This document shows, one piece after another, positions 55,076-64,000 of a stretch of 64,000 nucleotides of DNA. Source of the stretch: the human T2T-CHM13v2.0 reference genome, Homo sapiens. Position 1 is the stretch's first letter, and each line of letters begins with the position of its first letter. A program made the position numbers and the translations under genes. Where the stretch lies: the NCBI RefSeq assembly GCF_009914755.1, contig NC_060927.1; one strand, written 5' to 3'. The notes beneath the pieces are model-generated. The model was given only the letters and a program-made list of their open reading frames with translations, ran no database searches and was not told the origin of the DNA.

Positions 55076-58000
55076 AGTTTAAATCCATCTCTCTATTTTG
55101 CTCTATTTTGATAGGTTGATTTTATTGAATAAAGAATAATGTATGCATACCATAGAGTCTATTTTTGTGTGTTAAAAATTGTCATATTCCTATTTTGGAG
55201 AAATTTAGAGAACTTTGAAATTCTAAGTATATACCCCCAAAAGACACAGTGCTACTTTAGGCTTCATGATTATGCGGCACGTATCTTTGTCTTTGAAGAC
55301 CTCAGAGGAACATAACTGAAAAGAGTGACAAGAGTTAATTGACAAGGATATACTACTTTTCAGGGTTACAGAAATTCAAGAAGCACCTCTCTTCATCTGG
55401 AAATATGTTATATGCAGGGGAGGCAGCTACTGCCTTCTCCCTTCATGAGGAATAAAGAAAATTTAACCAACAAAAAGCAAAATAAGCAAATTGTAGAATC
55501 GAACAAAAGAGTAAACTTTGAAATATATTACTACACTTTAAGAGCTCATTTGCACTTTGATTCCACATGGGAGAATCCTCATGGGAAAATTTGCTAAGTC
55601 TCATTCGTATCATTAAAGGGTCTAATAGCTTATATAAATTTTTTCAATAAAATGCAATAATAAATAGTTTATAGTAAGTGGCTTTACTTAAATTTAGCCA
55701 GGAGAATTTTACTGTGCTTTCTTTTTTTTCTTAAAGAGATTTATTATTTTATTGTCATTTAGTTATTACTGTGGGCGTATTTTCTCATGTCCTCGAGTCC
55801 AGTAAAACTACAATCATTAAATAAATTAATCCCTAAATAACAATTATATAAGGCATATATATACCTACGGTTATCATTACTGATTTTTTGCTACATTACT
55901 TTAAAATGTCTATTTAAAAATTAAAATAAAAAGTCCTGCACAAGAGACAATAAAAAAAATAGGTGACCAGAAAGAATATATGCAAAATATTTCTATGAAC
56001 ATGAATGTTTGGAGCCATTCAAGGTACTAATACAACTATTTTAAACACACAAAAAGGTTTAGTCAACTTACAAAGATTTGAGAGGAGTTTTCATCCTAAT
56101 AACATTGTTTCGCTCTTACCAAAATTAATTCAGGATAAGAATCCACATGAATCAATAGTAGGTATCCAACTTGAAATGAAGTGATTGCTTTAATGATTTC
56201 CAATACATCACATCTTATTATATTAGGTTATGACAGGTTATGCTGTGCTTCATTGGGTTACATAATATCATTTTGAATATAACTCTAAGTCTATCTAATA
56301 TAAGATGATGAATCAGGAAATAAAATGACAAGGAATCATTTACTTCTAGCTCCTAAATTAGATTTTTCTGTCCACACAAAAGGGAAGCAAAGAAATCGAA
56401 ATGGCTTCCAATAAGGTTTTCTCATTCTTGTCAGTGAGCACTAACCAACTACTGTCCTTAGTTCACTATGGGTAGAAATGTCTGCTGTTCCTGTAAGAAT
56501 TGACATAAATGAGATAGCTTCTCTGCAAAAAGCATACATCTGACTCTCTATCAGTTGAATGTAGCTATAATCCTGTCAGAAACATTCTCTCAAATTTGAG
56601 GAATCAGAATATTGCATGTAAAAATTATTATATAATCTGAGGATACCAAGGAGACTTGCTGTGATCATATTATAGTATATTTTATGTGAAGAAACAAATT
56701 TAATAGGCATGTATAATAAGACTATAATAATCAGCATGTAACTCGCAGAATGTGGTTCTGTGTATATTCTGCAATGTGAACATAGGATGTAGAAAATTGA
56801 AAAACGGTTTTTTAATTGAAAAGAGAACATGTTTTATCTAGTTTAAAAATGACTCTAGTTTCACAAATAATTAATATGAAATGTATTCCAACATGGTGGT
56901 AGTAAAAGTCTCATCACTAGAAAAATGTTAATTTTTATTGCTTATGTAGGGAAAGACATAATCTTAAAGGGCATGTGTCCAAAGGTCTTATAGATAACTT
57001 TGTGAGAAAGATATGTCAGTGGATTACTGGTGCTGAAATGTTAAAAGCCTTAATATAAGTGAAAGAAAATGTGACACTTAATCAGTCCAGGAAAAAGAGG
57101 TTAGAATCAATGTATTTTAATTTAGCTGATCCTGTATATTTCTAATAGGCCTTCCCAAGCTGCACACCCATTAAGTGTTAAGATTTTATCAATCTACAGA
57201 GGTGAAAAAGTAGATGGATCTCATCATGAATTCAACATAGTTACCCGGAGATACAGTAGATGTTGGTGGTAAAATGCCATGATTGCGTCAACCTCTGCTT
57301 AGTTCATCTATAAGTTAGAAAAAGCTATGAACATTAAATGACCAAATTTTATTTGTTGGCCCAAGTTGGAAAAGACAAAAAAAAAAAAAGAATCATCTGT
57401 CATAGTTTTTATGCTATAAAAGAGTATATACTTTTAATTAATGACTTTACCACTGTTTACAAAATATACTTGTCATCAGAGAAGCTATTTACGGATTTTG
57501 ATTTCTAAAATGTGTTTTTAAGAACATTTAGGTGCAACAAAAAACAAAAAATACAGGTGTGGTCTGGATAATATTGAATAATACATCTGCTTCTCTCTTC
57601 TAGTTGGAATGTGCTAGTTTGACTAATAATTAATAAAATAACAAATAATTATACTCCTTTAGGAAGATAAATTAATATTATTTTCAGCTTATAGAATAAT
57701 TTTAGCTTCAGTGTTCTGGCTACACTCCAAAACAGATGATACCATTCTATCCAGTAAAAGTCCTGGTGTGGTTTAAAAGTGATGTTAGTCTTCACTGCAT
57801 TAAAATAAAATTGGTAGAGAATTTTGTATTGTCCAACCTAAGGATAACATCATTTGAAAAACGGTTAAACCAAATACCATGCCATTTGCAAAGCGTCAGG
57901 TAATTCTTTTAGATAGAAGACACTGGGAAAAATTTAAGGGCTTATAAATATCTTAACAAAATGGGAATTTTGCTGTTATGCAAAATTATGATGTTGAAAA

Positions 58001-59115
58001 AACAAGAGGTTTCAAAAATACATTACCATATGAGATTTACTTTTCCTTTTCAATCATTTCATATTGTCTCAAAGGTGTACTAAGCTGCTGAATTACTAAA
58101 AGTTAGCTCCACTTGCATTTTTTAACTTGTATTAAGTTTTAAAATGAATAGGTGCATCTGTTAGCTGATTCAAGTGATATAATTTATCATCCATGTGAAC
58201 CCATCAGGGATATATTACTCATTTGCAGAAGACAGATACTCTATGTTGAAAATCCTAGACATCACATCTAGTAACATTGCCTACTTTTTTACTCTTATGC
58301 CATCTGTGCAGAAACAGAAAAATAGTTTTTCTCTATATAAGTTCAGCAAGGACAATTAGCCAGAAAAAAAGGAAACTTGCTGGTTATTGTGTCTGAATTT
58401 TTTTTTTTTTTTTTTGAGCTTTTAGTCATAGCTTGGTTTTCTTTACAAATTATATAGGAAATTTTATTTTTCTCTTGTCTTTCCCTTGTATGTTCATTTT
58501 TAAATTTGCTACATATTATTCTTCCTTTCTCTCTCTCTCTCTTTATATTTTTTTGTTCCTCCCTCTCCCTCTCTCTTGCACTCCACCCTCAGGTTTGTTA
58601 ATGGTACCTAACAAAAAGGTCGTGCTTAATTATTTACCTAATTGGTTTATGCAGTTCCAATATTAAGAAGACTAGGAACAAATTTGATGAGTCATGGTAC
58701 TTATGTATAAGGCTCCACAATAAATATTAAGTTATTTTCCGGAGATTGTTCTTTGTTAAACAGGCACATAGACTAAACATTATTAAATTGTGACTTGAAA
58801 AATACACTAAGCTAATGTTTATGAGTCTAAATGAGCAAAACCATTTTCATTGCAAATTAACCAAGATCCAGTATATTAAGATAAGAGCAACAAAAAATTC
58901 AGGAAGAATCAGTGCCAACCAAAAGTAAAACTATATACGGTATCCTATACTTCTGTACTGCTATGGAAACAGAATACAGTCTTCAAAGAAAAACAATGTT
59001 TCACTTTGAACATTTGCCAAAGAATGTTCCATTCCATTAGACAAAACTATTGATTGGATATTGAAATCCAATAGTTGCTTTCTGTTCAATAAAATGATTT
59101 ACTAAATGGGTTTGT

Positions 59116-59181
59116 AATATATATACATATGTTTATATACATATATACACACAAATATGTGTGTGTGTATTTATATATATG
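59116..59181. repeat. (TA)/(CA)/(TG) compound microsatellite
   Basis: atatatatacatatgtttatatacatatatacacacaaatatgtgtgtgtgtatttatatatat. Confidence 0.8.
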
Positions 59182-59386
59182 ATATCAGTATCAATCCAAA
59201 TTAATTTAACAAAAAAGCTGTGAATTAAGATGTAATCATAAGGATGAATAGTAGTTTAGGAAATAATTCTATAAGGTAGTATAAAATATTAAACAACATG
59301 GAAAAAATTTTTCTACAAACATTACAAGTTCTTGGCAAATGTAGTATTCAAAATGTGACAGAATATACAAAGCAGTAACTAACAGG

Positions 59387-61584
59387 TGTTTTAGTCCATT
59401 TTCACACTGCTGATAAAGACATACTCAAGACTAGGTAATTTATGAAGGAAAGAGGTTTAATGGACTCACAGTTCCACGTGGCTGTGGAGGCCTCACAATT
59501 GTGGCAAAAGGAGGAAGTCACATCTTACATTGTGGCAGACAAAGGAAATCAAGAGCCAAGCAAAAGGGGTTTCAAACCCTTATAAACTTATCAGATTTTG
59601 TGGGACTTATTCACTACCATGAGAACAGTATGGGGAAACAGTCCCCATGATTCAATTACCTCCCACAAGTGAGAATTATGGGAGCTACAAATCAAGATGA
59701 GATTTTGGTGGGGACACAGCTAAACCATATCACTCTGCCCATGGCCCCTCCCCAATCTCATGTCCTCACATTTCAAAACCAACCAACCAGCCTTCCCAAC
59801 AGTCCCCCAAACTGTTAACTCATTTCAGCATTAACTCAAAGGTCCACAGTCCAAAGTCTCATCTGAGACAAGGCAAGTCCCTTCTGCCTATGAGCCTGTA
59901 AAATCAAAAGCAAGTTAGTTACCTCCTATATACAATGTAGGTACAGGCCTTGGGTAAATACACCCATTCCAAATGGGAAAAGTTGGCCAAAGCAAAGGGG
60001 CTACAGGCCCCATGCAAGTCCAAAGTCCAATGGGGCAGCCAAATATTACAACTCCAAAATGATTTCCTTTGATTCTATGTCTCACATCCATGTCACACTG
60101 ATGCAAAAGGGGGGTTCCCATAATCTTGGGCAGCTCAGACTCTGTGGCTTTGCAGGGTACTGCCCACTTCCTGGCAGCTTTCACGGACCAGCATTGAGTG
60201 TCTGTGGCTTTTCCACATGCACGATGCAAGCTCTTGGTGGATCTACCATTCTGAAGTCTGGAGGACAGTGGCCCTCTTCTCACAATTCCATTGGGCAGTG
60301 TTCCAGTTGAGATTCTGTGTGAGGGATTCAATCCCACATTTCTCTTCTGCACTGCCCTAGTAGAGGTTCTCCTCCATGAGGGCCCCCACCTCTGCAGCAG
60401 ACTTCTGCCTGGACATCCAGGGATTTCCATACATCCTCTGAAATGTAGGCAGAGATTCCCAAACCTCAATTTTTGACTTTTGTGTACCCAAAGGCTCAAC
60501 ACCACGTGGAAGCTGCAGAGGCTTGGGGCTTGCACAGCCAGAGCTGTACCTGACCCCTTTTAGCCATGGCTAGAGCAGCTGGGACGCAAGGCACCAAGTC
60601 CCTAGGATGCACACAGCAGGGGCCTGGCCCAAGAAACCATTTCTTCCTCCTAGGCCTCCTGGGCTATGATGGGAGGGGCTGCCGCAGAGGTCTCTGACAT
60701 GCCCTGGAGACATTTTTCTCATTGTCTTGGAGATTAACATTTGGCTCCTTGTTGGTTATGCAAATTTATGCAGTCAGCTTGAATTTCTTCTCAGAAAATG
60801 GGTTTTTCTTTTCTATTGCATTGTCAGCCTGCAAATTTTATGAACTTTTATGCTCTTTTCCCCTTTTAAAACTGAATGGTTTTAACAGCACCCAAGTCAC
60901 CTCTTCAATGCTTTTCTGGTTAGAAATTTCTTCTGCCAGTCTCTTTGCTAAATCATAGCAAAAGTAATTTTTACTCCAGTTCACAAGAAGTTCCTCATCT
61001 ACATCTGAGACTACCTCAGCCTGGATTTCATTGTCCAGATCATTATCAGCACTTTTGTTAAAGCCATTCAACAAGTCTCTAGGAAGTTCCAAACTTTCCC
61101 ACATTTCCTTGTCTCCTTCTGAGCCCTCCAAACTGTTCCAACCTCTGCCTGTTACCCAGTTCCAAAATTATTTCCACATTTCGGGTATCTCATCAGCCGC
61201 ACCCCACTCCTGGTACCAATTTACTGTATTATTCCATTTTCACACTGCTGATAAAGACACACCCAGGTCTGAGTAATTTATAAAGAAAAGAGGTTTAATA
61301 GACTCACAGATCCACGTGAGTAGGGAGGCCTCATGACCATGGTAGAAGGCAAAAGTTACATCTTACATGGCAACAGACAAGAGAGAATAAGAGCCAAGTG
61401 AATGAGGTTTCCCTTCATAAAACCATCAGATCTTGTGAGACTCTTTCACTGCCAAGAGAACCGTATGGGGTAAACCGCCCCTTGATTCAATTATCTCCTA
61501 CTGGATCCCTCCCACAACATGTGGGACTTATGGGAGCTACAATTCAAGATGAGATTTAGGTGGAGACACAGTCAAACCATATCA
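59387..61584 (-). mobile_element. Two-LTR THE1 (MaLR) element: LTR 59387-59732, internal 59733-61224, LTR 61225-61584
   Basis: Both LTRs tgt.tta.tccattttcacactgctgataaagac...aaaccatatca; internal aagcaagttagttac and ccactcctggtaccaatttac; TSD acagg at 59382-59386 and gcagg at 61585-61589. Confidence 0.93.
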
Positions 61585-63239
61585 GCAGGATGTTTTAGGA
61601 AAGAAAAAATTAATTTTTTTAAATTAACAAGGAAGTTACCAAATCAATGGATATTTCCTTTTTCTTAGTAATGTTTCATTGGAACACAGGGTTTCTTAGA
61701 AGATAAAGTTTTCTTACTCAAAATATTTAAAATCAAATATCATCAGTTTTTGTTTTGACTAAGGACAAAACAGTAAGAAAAGTACAAGATCTATGTAGAT
61801 CTTACCTTTAGTACACAAAGTTATTCCTACCTGATTCACGTAATAAATCAGGGACACATGTGTTAGACAAAACAAAGAGAAGCTAGGTATCACAACAACA
61901 TAAACACTAATTGATATTAAAGCATAGCTTTTGTTCCTGTAAACATGCTATTTTAAAGGCAGCTTTCCTCTTTAACTTAGGTGGTTCCCTTTTAAAATAT
62001 GTGAATATAAGTGAAAACCAAATGATCCATGTAATTATAAATTTTTATCATCATCTTTACTCTATTTGTATAAATCCCAAAGTAGACCTGAAATAAGAGT
62101 AGATATCTATATAAAAATCAGGAAAGCTGTGGTATACTTTTATCCTCTGTCACTCAGGCTAGTTAAATTTTTATTTCTAATAATCATTAAGTTATACATT
62201 TATACAAAGAGATACATTATAAAATTTTAAGTATATCATAATTATTGACAGTGAGGTGGACAGGTAGTACGCATAAGTGAAAAATCAATTATAATGAATC
62301 ACAGATATTATGGAAATTTGAGATTGTCATGTGAGAAAGGAAATATTTGAAGCAGGTCTATGTGATCCCTCTTTACCTGTGGGGATGCTGCACAAAAGGA
62401 AAAAGATCTGGTCCAATCCCTTTGCAAACATACTAATAACAGTCTTCCTGGTAAACACACATACGTGGCACTTAGTGGTGGCAGAATTCTTATATTTGTA
62501 ATGCTTTTGCCATATGTACCTAGCCTGTTCACGACTGCTTGTAGAAAATAAACATCACATTTTAAGATTTATTGTGTAACTGCTTATAAAATATGATATA
62601 AACTATGCAATTATCAGCATGTAAGTTGTAAATATTTCATGAAAAAAATAGCTCCCTTTTGTGTAAATGATACTCTGCATTCATCCCTTAGGGTCATGTA
62701 TGCTAAAACCAAACCATAGTACATCATAATACAAGAAGAAACAACCTGAGGAGCAAAGATGGTAGTTCTGTACTTCATGCTTCCTCTATGGATCACAATT
62801 ACTGTTATCTCTTCAATTTTGAAATTGTTAGTCAGCTTTGGTACTGGTGAAGAGCTCCAGTTTTTGTGGGATTTAACAATCTGAGGTTCTGAGTTTTCTC
62901 AGGTTGGCAATTTGGCTTCAAGGAGGGAATTACAGCTTCATTTTGAAGCTACTTGAGAAAAGCAATTACACTGTATTTACATATATTGTATATTTTTGGG
63001 GATTGTAATTGGAGGATTAATGGAGATTATAAGATTTAATACTCCAAATCCATCTACTTTTTAGCACTATCATTGTAGCGTAAATAGTGTAAAAGCCTAA
63101 GCGAGTAATTCTTATGTGTAAATAGGTATATATCAATACTTTAGAAGAAGAGATGAGACTTTATTGATAGTACTTTTTCATTTCCTGTGCCATTTTATCT
63201 AGTTTAGTAGGTCACTAGTTGGGCCTGTGAAGGATATTC

Positions 63240-63560
63240 AGCAAATAAATAACAGATATGAGTTGATTTTTCAAATGAATATGTCCTGTGCCTCGTGGAG
63301 AAGATAAATTGCAGAAGAATATAAACATAGGCAAGGAGAATAGCTGGCAGGGGTCAAGGTGAGGACTAACTTATTGATGAGAGAATTGATATGAGATTTA
63401 TATACAAATATGTTTGAGAGGTGTAGAAATATTATGAAGGGATTGGCAAGCTGTTGGATGTTGAGATTACGAATAAGGGTAAAGTTCAGGATGAATGTGG
63501 GTGTTTATTTTTCATAAGTAATATTTTTAGACAAGAGAGAAAAGAATTATAAGAGTTCTA
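63240..63560 (-). mobile_element. L2 fragment
   Basis: gtggagaagataaattgcagaag...ggattggcaagctgttggatgttgag...aaagttcaggatga is antisense L2-like. Confidence 0.5.
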
Positions 63561-64000
63561 GAATGCCATATGTTTCTCGGGTTTTTTTCATGCATTTTAT
63601 TGGTATTGAGAATGGAAAGAGGGAGTTAGAAAATCTATCCTCAGTCTTAAGGAGCTAGTCAATGTGAATGGCTCTTAAACATAAATATTCACATGACCTG
63701 TTGACATCAAGCTTCTCTTTAGCTGCAGCATAGATACTGTCAGCAACCCAGTGGAATATGAGCTCTTTTGAAGGTATATCAATCACTTAATCTACTGGCA
63801 GATGCCTGAAAAAGTAAGTGTGTATGAGAACGTGGAGCATAAGGACAGGACACATCACCCTGAAAAGTCAGAGGAAACTCACATGACAAATACAATTCCA
63901 AAAAACAGGACACTTTAATATAAATAAGAGGAACAGGAAACAGGGAGGACTCAGATGGGGTTTTATAGCTAACATTTTTTGAAAGCACAGGCAATAGTAC

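Noticed and set aside
59915-60535. Longest ORF (206 aa)
   Set aside because: Lies wholly inside THE1 internal sequence, a typical decayed MaLR frame

Overview
AT-rich primate (AluY- and L1PA-containing, so catarrhine, human-like) intergenic or deep-intronic DNA. It is dominated by transposable elements: L1s, Alus, MaLR/ERVL/ERV1 LTRs, a two-LTR THE1 element, an ERVL provirus remnant, L2/MIR and DNA transposons. I can support no intact protein-coding gene; the recognisable ORFs are decayed L1, ERVL, THE1 or Alu frames. Subfamily names come from my recall of consensus sequences, not from a RepeatMasker run. Two structures stand out. (1) At 53.1-53.3 kb the U5 end of a HERV-E/LTR2-like LTR runs through its Glu primer-binding site and on through 61 nt of antisense tRNA-Glu(CTC), with CCA encoded. 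This looks like a fossilised strong-stop-DNA plus primer-tRNA reverse-transcription intermediate with a proto-SINE layout. (2) A ~495-bp inverted duplication (38209-38701 / 39319-39812) of local DNA has replaced the middle of an MST LTR. Also present are a twin-primed 5'-inverted L1, a hairpin-templated L1 deletion junction, SOX-OCT motifs in an LTR9-type LTR and several DUX4 motifs.
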